A stretch of 64,000 nt of DNA, taken from a virus. The position numbers and the translations under genes are program-made. Positions 1 through 9,004 of the stretch are shown here, one piece after another; the stretch's first letter is position 1; each line of letters begins with the position of its first letter. The notes beneath the pieces were generated by a model. It was not told the DNA's origin. It searched no databases and saw only the letters and a program-made list of their open reading frames with translations. Where the stretch lies: IMG/VR virus record IMGVR_UViG_3300025109_000004, positions 5,056 through 69,055 of that record. One strand, 5' to 3'.

Positions 1-3000
1 GAATAGGAGTAGTATCTAAATCAAAAAAAGTTTCTCTACTACCAAGTATTTCACCCAGATCCATAAAGAAACTTATCATTTTATTTAACAACCGAAAGTT
101 TTGGAGAAACCCAGTCGGCACTTCTTCCTCTTGTCCTTTTGGTTTTGCACCCGGCGTTACATCGGCTGCGGTCAACCCTCCAGTAGTACCAGTACCAAAT
201 AAAATTTCTCCAAAATCTCCGATTGAATCTGCTATGCCTTCAAACACTTTCTTATTATCTTCAAGCATCTGTGGCAATTCTGTTGCAATACCAGTTAAAA
301 TACGTGAAAACTCCGCCTGATCAAACTTCCCTCCGAATATTGCCTTAACGAACAGATTGCCAAGATCCTTAAGAAATGGACCAATGGCACCAAGAAATAT
401 AATACCTTTAGAGAGGGCTTCGGCAGTGCCCTTCACCACCATATCAAAGATCCCTTCCTTAAGTGATCGCTGGAAGTTCTCCCATCCACCGCTTACGGAA
501 TAACTTTTAAACCCTTCCTCAAGTGCATTAGAAACTATCCCAGTCATGTCAGACCACATATCCTTAACACTCTCAACCATGTTAGCAGTCATATCATCTG
601 TAAGAGTAATACCTGCTCTTGTCATTTGCTTTATCCAATCAGCTTGTAAATTGAATAACTTTTCAAACATCTGTGTGACTTTAAACATGGTTTCAAACAT
701 CGGTTCAAACATTTTCTCTGATGCTTTACCTATAGCCGCAAACAGTGGAGTTAAAGCCCCCACAAGTCCGGGAAGTGCAAACAGCAATGCCCCAAGGATT
801 CCCTGTTCAAGTGCCGGACCAATTAATTTAATACTGCTTATTTTCTTAAATAAATTATCTAGCATTTTCCCAACAAACTTAAACAAATCTTTATAAATAT
901 CTCCTATGGCATCACGGGTTGCCTCTGTTGCTTCGACAAACCTCAGCTCTATAGCCATAGCAATATCATTAATAACTTGAAACGCAGGGGCCAACATCCT
1001 CTTCATCAGGGTGTCCATCATGTCAGCCATCTGCCCAACCACAATACTTGTAAACCCAGCTCCAAACTTGTCCCTGAATTGTTCCAATGCCTGAGTAGTG
1101 GTACTGGCATTAAGTCCTGCCTGTATCGCCCCTGTTATGGTAGAGGTGATCTGTTGACCAAGTTTCTTTACCCTGTTCATCCAATCCTTAATAATAGTAG
1201 CAAATTTCTTAGCGAACTTCGGATCAAGGTCAGTACCGAATGGAGAGAAGAATCCCTCCGCCTGAACCTTTTGAAGTTGTAGGGAAAGATTTTTTGCGAA
1301 TTCTTTTTCCTGTTTCTCCTGTTCCTTCTTCCGGTCATCCTTTGCTTTCTTGGCTCCAAAAGCAGCAACCCCTGCTCCAATAGCCAATCCGGCTCCACCA
1401 GCAGCCGCAAGACCCAATGGACTTTCAACTCCTAAACCGCTTGCGAGACCCACACCACTCATAGCACCACTAATACCACCTGAAACGACTCCTGCTCCTC
1501 CCCCTTGGACTCCACCCTGAAATGCCCCCTGTAGAACCTGAGCTCCTTGTAGCAAACCTTCAAATTTCCCAGCTGCTCCACCCTTCTTCAGTGCCTCACC
1601 AGTTTCTTTCCCCAATACTTTCCCAGCACTAAGTCCCATTATCTCACCAAGCTTTTCAAATATTCCCCCAAACTTGGAAAGGAAATCTCCCGCTCCACCA
1701 TCCTTCTTCTTTTTCTGTTCCGGCTCCGGCCCCTTCTTAATAATGTCGGTCACTTGTTGTTCAGGAAATTCTAATTTCCCCTTATTTAATCCAGCCCCTA
1801 GCAATGTGGATAAAATGCCCTGATCAAGTTTGAAGTCCGTTTTCCCTTTAAACAAATCTATTGTCGACGCTTCCGGCTCAAATAATTTTGGGACTTTCAT
1901 CTTCGTTCGCTGCACCGTTTCAATATTAAATTTCACCCATGCGTCCGATTCCTTGCTCCGTTCTTTTTCTTTTTCTGCTATTTTCTTTGGATCTGTTTCT
2001 CCAAGTCCCGGTATCGAAGGAGCACCTCCACCCAAAATAGAAGTATCCACTCCGGCACCTCCAGCACCTGTATCCCTAGAACGTATTACACCAAACTCTT
2101 TTTGATTCAAACCATCAATAAGTATTCCTGTTTCAATCAAAGCTTTATTTATGTTAATAATTTCCTCCGCAGTCTCATTCATAGAAATAGTAAGTTCAGC
2201 AGAAGTACCTTCTAAAGCTTTCTGTATTCCTTCCAATGGATTTGAATCTATCTTTCCTAATTGAACCAACCGATTAAGAATAGAATCAAGTGGCATCAAT
2301 ATAAATTTTAATAAACCAAATACTTCCCTCACAAATTCCACTACAACAAATGTAAGAGTTTTAAACGCCAGCTTTACCCCTAAAATACCTTTCAATAACA
2401 TTCCAAAAAACTTAGAAATATTTTTTAATGAATCAACAAAATCGTTACTCACTTTTGTAATACTAACAACAGCAGTATCATTTTCTCCTAATGCTTCAGT
2501 TGCAAAATTAAGTTGTCTAACCAGTAATATTAACCAGTCCACAACAAATCGAACCTCTTTCCCATACCTATCCATGAAATCAATAGCTTTGCCTTCAAGA
2601 GTAGACTTGAGTTCATCAAAAGATCCCTGCAAAGTATCTCTCATAATATCGGCTAATTCTTTTGCTTCACCTTTTGCATTTTTTAGTATTCTTACAAAAT
2701 TTTCATATGTAGATAACTGTTTTCTTAATATCAACGCAGCCTTACTTGATCTATCTCCAAATAGTTTCATCACTTCTGGGGCTTCTGAATCTACAAGTTC
2801 CTTTAAAGTCTCGACAAGTCCTTTACCACTCTTTGCTGCTTTGCCCATAATAAATGCTAAGTTAGTACCAGCCAAACTTCCTTGTACACCGGCATTACCC
2901 AAAAGACCAATAAAAGCTGCAGTTTCTTCAATACTAAATCCAAGAGCTTTAGCCGTTGGTGCTGCAAATTTAAATGCCTCTCCCATCTGTAACACGCTTG

Positions 3001-3562
3001 TATTTGCTCTTGTGGCAGTAGCAACAAGAACATCATTCACCCTTCCCAATTCTTTAACAGGAAGTTGAAAAGCACTTAATATATTAGAAGCAATATCAGC
3101 AGCAGTTCCTAAATCTAAAACCCCCGCTGTTGCTAAATCTAAAACTCCCGGAAGTGCTACAATAGCCTGTTTTGCTCTAAACCCTGCCATACCCAAGAAG
3201 CCCAAAGCCTTTGCTGCTTGTGAAGCTGTAAATTCTGTAGTCCTTCCCATCTCTTTTGCAACATTGGTTAACATTTGAAATTCTTTTTCAGTAGCTCGCA
3301 TGACACCACGAACCTGTGCCATACTCTTTTCAAATGAAGCACCAATACGAATGGAAGCGGCGACGGCAACCCCTGCAGCAAGCACAAAGGTTGCACCAAC
3401 TGCCTTTGCAGCCTGAGTACCAACACGGCGGACATCCATAAAAGACTTCTGCATTTTAGAAGCTGATTTTTTAGTCTGGTCCTCAGCCTGCTTCAACGCA
3501 GTTTTGTACTTCTTACCGTCGATGTCTATTTCTACAAATACAGTTCCTAGCTTTGCCGCCAT
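1..3562 (-). CDS. Tail tape measure protein (TP901-like), 3' end runs off window
   Basis: Not in the ORF track. Translated by hand from ATG 3562: MAAKLGTVFVEIDIDG...GASFEKSMAQVRGV...MGRTTEFTASQAAKALGFLGMAG. Ala/Gly-rich and directly after the tail chaperones. Confidence 0.93.
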   Translation of the reverse strand, partial: MAAKLGTVFVEIDIDGKKYKTALKQAEDQTKKSASKMQKSFMDVRRVGTQAAKAVGATFVLAAGVAVAASIRIGASFEKSMAQVRGVMRATEKEFQMLTNVAKEMGRTTEFTASQAAKALGFLGMAGFRAKQAIVALPGVLDLATAGVLDLGTAADIASNILSAFQLPVKELGRVNDVLVATATRANTSVLQMGEAFKFAAPTAKALGFSIEETAAFIGLLGNAGVQGSLAGTNLAFIMGKAAKSGKGLVETLKELVDSEAPEVMKLFGDRSSKAALILRKQLSTYENFVRILKNAKGEAKELADIMRDTLQGSFDELKSTLEGKAIDFMDRYGKEVRFVVDWLILLVRQLNFATEALGENDTAVVSITKVSNDFVDSLKNISKFFGMLLKGILGVKLAFKTLTFVVVEFVREVFGLLKFILMPLDSILNRLVQLGKIDSNPLEGIQKALEGTSAELTISMNETAEEIININKALIETGILIDGLNQKEFGVIRSRDTGAGGAGVDTSILGGGAPSIPGLGETDPKKIAEKEKERSKESDAWVKFNIETVQRTKMKVPKLFEPEASTIDLFKGKTDFKLDQGILSTLLGAGLNKGKLEFPEQQVTDIIKKGPEPEQKKKKDGGAGDFLSKFGGIFEKLGEIMGLSAGKVLGKETGEALKKGGAAGKFEGLLQGAQVLQGAFQGGVQGGGAGVVSGGISGAMSGVGLASGLGVESPLGLAAAGGAGLAIGAGVAAFGAKKAKDDRKKEQEKQEKEFAKNLSLQLQKVQAEGFFSPFGTDLDPKFAKKFATIIKDWMNRVKKLGQQITSTITGAIQAGLNASTTTQALEQFRDKFGAGFTSIVVGQMADMMDTLMKRMLAPAFQVINDIAMAIELRFVEATEATRDAIGDIYKDLFKFVGKMLDNLFKKISSIKLIGPALEQGILGALLFALPGLVGALTPLFAAIGKASEKMFEPMFETMFKVTQMFEKLFNLQADWIKQMTRAGITLTDDMTANMVESVKDMWSDMTGIVSNALEEGFKSYSVSGGWENFQRSLKEGIFDMVVKGTAEALSKGIIFLGAIGPFLKDLGNLFVKAIFGGKFDQAEFSRILTGIATELPQMLEDNKKVFEGIADSIGDFGEILFGTGTTGGLTAADVTPGAKPKGQEEEVPTGFLQNFRLLNKMISFFMDLGEILGSRETFFDLDTTPI

Positions 3563-3567
3563 TAAAA

Positions 3568-3873
3568 TTATCCCTTAGAAATCAAGTAATGTTTTATTTC
3601 CATAAAAGCCCTGTTGCACAAATTAAAACATTTCATCTGCTTTCCCTTATCAACCTTGAGCCAATCCATGAAAATCTTTACCGCTACCAAATCCAACCCT
3701 AGAATATCCCCCATACCAGTTGTTTTAAACTGCCCCATAATATAGGGGAATATTCTTGCCGCCTCCTCATTCTGTGGAAGCACTTTTGGAATACAGAGAG
3801 AACAATCCGGTTTATCCTTTTTTATTTTCTCGTAATATTTCCTGCACTGTTCGCAGTTGGTCTCTGGTTGCAC
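3568..3873 (-). CDS. Tail assembly chaperone, frameshift extension (gpT-like)
   Basis: Lies between chaperone and tape measure; open and in the -1 frame from slippery site A AAA AAC at 3897-3903. Confidence 0.75.
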   Translation of the reverse strand: MQPETNCEQCRKYYEKIKKDKPDCSLCIPKVLPQNEEAARIFPYIMGQFKTTGMGDILGLDLVAVKIFMDWLKVDKGKQMKCFNLCNRAFMEIKHYLISKG

Positions 3874-3890
3874 ACACCACTCTGCGAACT

Positions 3891-4361
3891 CTACAAGTTT
3901 TTTATTTCTTCGTCGTCCCCACCCATAAGTCTCTTATTCAATTCTTTCATACTCTGAGCATAGAAAGCCGCAAACTTGATCGACTTATTCATCATTTGAA
4001 CTTTGAATTGTCGTGTGCATGGAATATCTTTTCTGCTCTTATCCAAACACTTTTCCCAATCGATAATAGTATAATCCCAAATCAAAACAGACTGTTGGTC
4101 TTCATCAACCGTTTCGATTATGTGCATATGCTCACCTTTGAAAATACGCTTCTTCTTGGTGGTTACTTTTTCAACCTCCCTGATTTCCTCTATAGGACAT
4201 GTCCTGAGACAAACACGCATACCAGACTCCCCATAATCGAACCACATTCCAGGGTTGAGTTCATCAAAATCAAACTCGTTATCTTTCGGCATATCCGCTT
4301 CGTTCATGATTTCAACATCTTCATTTTCATCAATCTCATTATTTTCTTTTTCATCAGACAT
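3891..4361 (-). CDS. Tail assembly chaperone (gpG-like)
   Basis: Follows tail tube; 156 aa, acidic; ends at the slippery heptamer. Confidence 0.75.
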   Translation of the reverse strand: MSDEKENNEIDENEDVEIMNEADMPKDNEFDFDELNPGMWFDYGESGMRVCLRTCPIEEIREVEKVTTKKKRIFKGEHMHIIETVDEDQQSVLIWDYTIIDWEKCLDKSRKDIPCTRQFKVQMMNKSIKFAAFYAQSMKELNKRLMGGDDEEIKNL

Positions 4362-4404
4362 AATGAATTGCCCTCCTTTTAAATCCTTTGATTAATTCTT
4401 GGGT

Positions 4405-4857
4405 TTACACATGTACGAGTAAACCACTCACCTTGGCTGTAAAATCAATAGTCATCAATGCTGCTTTATCTGCGCCAATATTTACCGAAGTAATATTCAC
4501 CCAGCTATAGACAGTTGCCTCTCCGGTAGTTGAAGTTCCTGACCACCACTGAGTTGTCTGACACGGCTCAAAGTAACTTGTGTCATCTGTGTACAGTCTC
4601 AGGCTTGTGATATCAGTATTATCCATATTAGCCCTCATTAGCAGATCCTGCCCTGTAGCATCTTCTGGATCAAACAGACCACTAAATGTTACCGTACCAC
4701 CATCCTTCGCTCCAAACTCAAAACTTTTCCAATCATCATTGAATTCCGTTGCTTCCATCTGATCGGCTGTAATACCATCCATCGTCCATGTTCCCATACC
4801 GACAACTTTATTTGCACCAACAGATACCTGACAATCCTTTCCAATTTTTTTTCCCAT
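4405..4857 (-). CDS. Tail tube / major tail protein
   Basis: 150 aa with W-T-M-D...EATEFNDDWKSF..G.KDGG.VTFSG.FD..D..GQ pattern typical of siphovirus tube proteins; synteny. Confidence 0.8.
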   Translation of the reverse strand: MGKKIGKDCQVSVGANKVVGMGTWTMDGITADQMEATEFNDDWKSFEFGAKDGGTVTFSGLFDPEDATGQDLLMRANMDNTDITSLRLYTDDTSYFEPCQTTQWWSGTSTTGEATVYSWVNITSVNIGADKAALMTIDFTAKVSGLLVHV

Positions 4858-4877
4858 AATTTATATTCTCCTTTTCA

Positions 4878-6257
4878 TTATGAATCATTCACAACTTCTA
4901 CATTATCCTGACCAACCTCAGCCTCCTCGACAATGCCCAGTGATGCGGGTTCAAGATTTTCCCTTTTATTTAAATCAGGTGGCTTCACCCACCCGAACTT
5001 TCTATACCGCTTATACAATTCATACAATGGTCTAGCCACTTCCATCTGTGCTATGTGACCAATTTCAATGGAAGTATCCACCCATATTCTCTTTCCGGCT
5101 TTTTTCATGTTCCTGCAAAAGAACACATCTTCACCAATGTGTGTCCCATCTCTTTTCCCATCGATCTTAAACCACGGTCTTGGAGTATCCATAAAGCATC
5201 TGGTATCGAACATCATACAACCAGTTCCTATTGCATCAGCCTCAATCAACTCTCCACTATAAACCTCTTTATCAGGAATGTGCCAATACCTATCAGATTT
5301 TGGATTATGTTTTAATACTATTGGATCATACGGCGGATACCTTCTATGAACAGGCACGGCCACCACATCCTTATCCCTGTTCTTCAAAAGTTTTATAATT
5401 GTATCAACAGGATAAATCTGATCAGTATCCATCATAATCATATGAGTCACGCCTTCAATTAAAGCCTGTTCTACAAGGTTATCCCTAATCGCATCAATCT
5501 GTCCCGGCCACTTTGGGATAAGTAAAGTATATTCCTCTGGTTTTTCCATTGTAATGTAACTTATGAAAAAAGATGTATGCACTTTTTCATCTGTAATAGG
5601 GAAAGCAATTCCCAATTTAAAATCTTCTGATATTCTATTTCTATTATTTTTTCTCTGGATGTACAGAGCATTATCCCTTGCAGAATTAGCAGGAGAATAT
5701 GCCCACTTGTAATCATCATCCCAAGGAACAGTTTTATCAACTATAGGATTAATGTGTTTAACTTTTGCATCAGGCGCAAATATATACCTACCTATTTCTT
5801 TACACCTATCAGTCAACTCATTATCACAAAAAGAATGAACATACCCAGTATGAAAAAACTCATCATCGAGAAATGGCAACAACCTTCTATGTGCTATCCA
5901 ATGAGTTGCATTAAGGTTTCCATCAACCTCATCATAATTATCATTTAGTCCAACCAATCCCCAATTCGCATCAAACATTTCCATAGACTCAAATGCTATT
6001 TTTAAAAAATTTTTTTCCGGCAAAGTGTCATCACCAAGAAAACATATATATGGATGATTATGCATCTCTATTACTTTGTCTGTCATAGTCTTTATCATTT
6101 TCGGACAACCAATTCTCTCCTCATCCGCTTCAGCATATACAGAAATATTCTCTTTTGGTATTCCAGCGTTAGCATAAATTGTATCTACTAACTTTTTTAC
6201 ATTTTCTTTTCTAATTACTGGTATAATTATTGATACCTTTCTATCCTCTTGCTTCAT
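4878..6257 (-). CDS. Two-domain GT-A (GT2-like) glycosyltransferase
   Basis: N-domain VSIIIPV...FLGDD; C-domain RDNLV..AL..G.THMIMMDTDQ...GTGCMMF...GEDVFFC. Confidence 0.85.
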   Translation of the reverse strand: MKQEDRKVSIIIPVIRKENVKKLVDTIYANAGIPKENISVYAEADEERIGCPKMIKTMTDKVIEMHNHPYICFLGDDTLPEKNFLKIAFESMEMFDANWGLVGLNDNYDEVDGNLNATHWIAHRRLLPFLDDEFFHTGYVHSFCDNELTDRCKEIGRYIFAPDAKVKHINPIVDKTVPWDDDYKWAYSPANSARDNALYIQRKNNRNRISEDFKLGIAFPITDEKVHTSFFISYITMEKPEEYTLLIPKWPGQIDAIRDNLVEQALIEGVTHMIMMDTDQIYPVDTIIKLLKNRDKDVVAVPVHRRYPPYDPIVLKHNPKSDRYWHIPDKEVYSGELIEADAIGTGCMMFDTRCFMDTPRPWFKIDGKRDGTHIGEDVFFCRNMKKAGKRIWVDTSIEIGHIAQMEVARPLYELYKRYRKFGWVKPPDLNKRENLEPASLGIVEEAEVGQDNVEVVNDS

Positions 6258-6948
6258 AATAGTCTGCCCTCTCTATGAATCTTCCAGTTAATTTTCTATA
6301 TGACATATGTCCTGAAGTTTCATCCCAAGCATTAACCCCCTTCATATCCAGAAGCTCAATCCATACTCCATCATATAATCCTGTTTTTAGTTTTCCTTTC
6401 TTTATTATTGATTGATATTGACTCCAGCCAAATAAAGAGTGTGTTTCATACTCAATAGGAACATCAAATATATTCCTTTTAAACACCGTGCCACTAGCCC
6501 CAATTAGAATTGGAACAAAATGATTTAGACCAAACTTAATAAATCCTTTCTCCCTTTTAAGATGTTCCCAATTATAAATACCCTGTATAAAGAAATAATG
6601 ATTAGCCTGTACAGCATCTCGATCAAGACCAATTAAAGGATCAAGTAAATCATTTAACCAGTTAGTCGGGACTATAGTATCATCATCAACCTTCGCAATA
6701 AATTCATTATCCTTTGTCAATTCTAGGAACTGATTCATAGCCCCACCAATTCCCTTATTCTCATTATTAAAAATAATCTTTTTTATTTTTCTATGACTCC
6801 TAAATTTATAAAGAAATGCATCCGTACCATCCATTGAACCATTATCGATAATAATAATTTCACCATCATGAGTAGTCTCAAGTAGAACAGGTAAAGTCTG
6901 CTTTGTATAATCCAACCTATTCCATGTGGTATAAAGTACTGGGATCAT
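6241..6948 (-). CDS. GT2-family glycosyltransferase
   Basis: TTWNRLDYTK...IIIIDNGSMDGT...NKGIGGAMN...KVDDD (DxD). Confidence 0.9.
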   Translation of the reverse strand: MIPVLYTTWNRLDYTKQTLPVLLETTHDGEIIIIDNGSMDGTDAFLYKFRSHRKIKKIIFNNENKGIGGAMNQFLELTKDNEFIAKVDDDTIVPTNWLNDLLDPLIGLDRDAVQANHYFFIQGIYNWEHLKREKGFIKFGLNHFVPILIGASGTVFKRNIFDVPIEYETHSLFGWSQYQSIIKKGKLKTGLYDGVWIELLDMKGVNAWDETSGHMSYRKLTGRFIERADYYEARG

Positions 6949-7478
6949 TTAGATTCCTTTACTGCAAAAAATACTCCGTGAGTATGTATAATTTTATTTG
7001 CTTTGTCCGTAACCAAGTCTTCCCTAAATCCTTTAAACTTTGCTTTAATTCCATACAGCTTTCTATGCTCATCATCAGTATAGTAAATCCAACTGTTAAT
7101 ATTCCAAAAACTCAAATGAGTTGGATCTTGAAAAGCCCCCCTACCATCTGTACTAGGAGTGAAGTGTTCAAACTTTCCGTCATGCCTCAGCACTCTAAAA
7201 ATTTCCTCGATGACGAATATTGTTTTGCCAAGTGGAACGTGTTCAAGAAAATCCCATGCCCTTACTTCATCAACAGAGTTATCTTCCCACATATTCAACC
7301 CAAAAGAAACAATGTCTAATTGAACATCTGGATCACACTTAGGGTTATAATCAATATTAACGAAGTCTTCTTTTTTTCTGTATCCACATCCCAAATTTAA
7401 TTTTACAGGATTTTCAATACTCATTATATTTACCCTCCCTAGTTTATTGTTCTCTTCCAACCCACCATGTTTCCCCAT
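6945..7478 (-). CDS. Class I SAM-dependent methyltransferase
   Basis: KLNLGCG motif I, DNSVDEV, FLEH, EIFRVL..DG, AFQDPTH. Confidence 0.88.
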   Translation of the reverse strand: MGKHGGLEENNKLGRVNIMSIENPVKLNLGCGYRKKEDFVNIDYNPKCDPDVQLDIVSFGLNMWEDNSVDEVRAWDFLEHVPLGKTIFVIEEIFRVLRHDGKFEHFTPSTDGRGAFQDPTHLSFWNINSWIYYTDDEHRKLYGIKAKFKGFREDLVTDKANKIIHTHGVFFAVKESK

Positions 7479-8145
7479 TCTTAACTATAATCTTTCCTCC
7501 CACATAATGAAAAAAATCATTCTGATGAACTATCCCCCGATTTACCCTCACTACAGGTAATTGAGTCTTCCATGCTGTATATGCTAAACTCAGTTGATCA
7601 TTCTTACTTCCCTTTAAATATTCATCATACCAGTATTCTCCAAATTCATTTATCTCTTTAGTATGTCTCCTAATAACAATACCACCAGCAAATATTCCAA
7701 AGTCCCTCGGCATCCCTTCCTCTGCATACCTATTTATCTGATCGTAAATTATTTCTATATTATTTTTATATTTCTTATTTTCAACTATCGCAAGTGATTC
7801 TTCATAAATACACCGTCTGACTGGGTGCATCCAAAAGGCAATATCGCCATTTTTTAAAATATGTTTAACAGCCTCAAGCAATGGTCCTCTCTTTGGAACG
7901 ATCATGCTGTCCAACCAGACACTGTACTCACAATTAAAGTATTTATGTGGGAGCATTTTATATCTGGCTGTATCAACTTTCGGATGCCCTTTCCTTTCTA
8001 ATTTCTTTTTCTGCCAGGGAGATTTAAGCTCTGTTCCATTTTCCATATATGCAACGTAGTCAATATCCTTTGACGGATAAAAACTATTCAAAAAATATTT
8101 ATCTGTCAGTGCAGTATATACAACACATTCAACCATCCAACTCAT
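7444..8145 (-). CDS. DUF616/TOD1-MUCI70-like glycosyltransferase-like protein
   Basis: VVYTAL, ARYKMLPHKYF, SVWLD, HP.RRCIYEE, NDQLSL.Y. Confidence 0.75.
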   Translation of the reverse strand: MSWMVECVVYTALTDKYFLNSFYPSKDIDYVAYMENGTELKSPWQKKKLERKGHPKVDTARYKMLPHKYFNCEYSVWLDSMIVPKRGPLLEAVKHILKNGDIAFWMHPVRRCIYEESLAIVENKKYKNNIEIIYDQINRYAEEGMPRDFGIFAGGIVIRRHTKEINEFGEYWYDEYLKGSKNDQLSLAYTAWKTQLPVVRVNRGIVHQNDFFHYVGGKIIVKNGETWWVGREQ

Positions 8146-8632
8146 CCGATGAATTTTTCTTCTTTTTCTTCTTTTTCTTATCGATCTTCATGGCAACACA
8201 CATTATATCATTCCATATTGTTAGACCCTCCCCATACTTCGGAAGTTCACAAGATAAAATATCCAATTCTTTGCCCACCAACTTACTCAGAGATTCAACA
8301 GTAAATGTTTTTATTTTAGATCCAGTAGAAGGAGTAACAATACACAACAATCCCTCATCCTTCAAAAGTCTGTTAATACGGGCAATGGCAACATTTGGAT
8401 TATTGGTTGAATAGAAAAAAGAACTTGTCGCAACTATATCGAAAGAACTATCATCAACTGGTATCCCTTCCCCTTCCACTGCTCGGGAGGAATGATAAGT
8501 ATGCCCACAAAATTCAACTAATTCTTTATGATCCTCAGAGTCCTTACTGAGCACCAAAACATTTAAATTCTTTTTTCCTTTAAGATGTTCCTCAACGAAA
8601 CGTCTCATAAACTCTATTGCAGTTGCTCTCAT
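8129..8632 (-). CDS. Methyltransferase-like protein (degenerate motif I)
   Basis: IPVDDSSFDIV...INRLLKDEGLLCIVTP resembles Methyltransf_11; the glycine loop is not obvious. Confidence 0.55.
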   Translation of the reverse strand: MRATAIEFMRRFVEEHLKGKKNLNVLVLSKDSEDHKELVEFCGHTYHSSRAVEGEGIPVDDSSFDIVATSSFFYSTNNPNVAIARINRLLKDEGLLCIVTPSTGSKIKTFTVESLSKLVGKELDILSCELPKYGEGLTIWNDIMCVAMKIDKKKKKKKKNSSDELDG

Positions 8633-8635
8633 AAA

Positions 8636-8878
8636 TTAATCTCCTTCCTCTGTAGAAACTTCCTCAATCTCTGTATTATTAAAATCTAATACTATGTGAG
8701 ATGATACCTCTTTTAAAATATATGGATCTTCCTCGTCAAATTCCGATGCATCCAAATGATCAACATTAATAAAGTCAACATAGCATCCCGTCTCTATTTC
8801 AAATTTCTTTACTCGATTTTTAATATCGAGATTTAATTCAGTTACTTTTTTTCTTATCACCTTTGAATCTACCATCAT
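8636..8878 (-). CDS. Hypothetical protein
   Basis: 80-aa ORF with AGGAGGGCAA RBS. Confidence 0.6.
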   Translation of the reverse strand: MMVDSKVIRKKVTELNLDIKNRVKKFEIETGCYVDFINVDHLDASEFDEEDPYILKEVSSHIVLDFNNTEIEEVSTEEGD

Positions 8879-8887
8879 TGCCCTCCT

Positions 8888-8997
8888 TAAATTTAGGATC
8901 CTGCTTGCTTAAATCGCTCTCCAATCGATTATCTTCTCAAAAAGGTTATATCCTATTAGTTTAAAATTTAAAGCTCTTAGAAACGATTTATGAGCTT
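8888..8997. repeat. Dispersed ~110-bp non-coding element, copy A
   Basis: Aligns colinearly with 30171-30280; partial copies near 45207-45258 and 39412-39508. Confidence 0.8.
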
Positions 8998-9004
8998 TTC
9001 TTGT

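Noticed and set aside
546-3068. Plus-strand ORFs at 546-3068 and the 83-aa minus ORF
   Set aside because: Shadows or alternate frames of the tape measure gene; no RBS or protein-like motifs.
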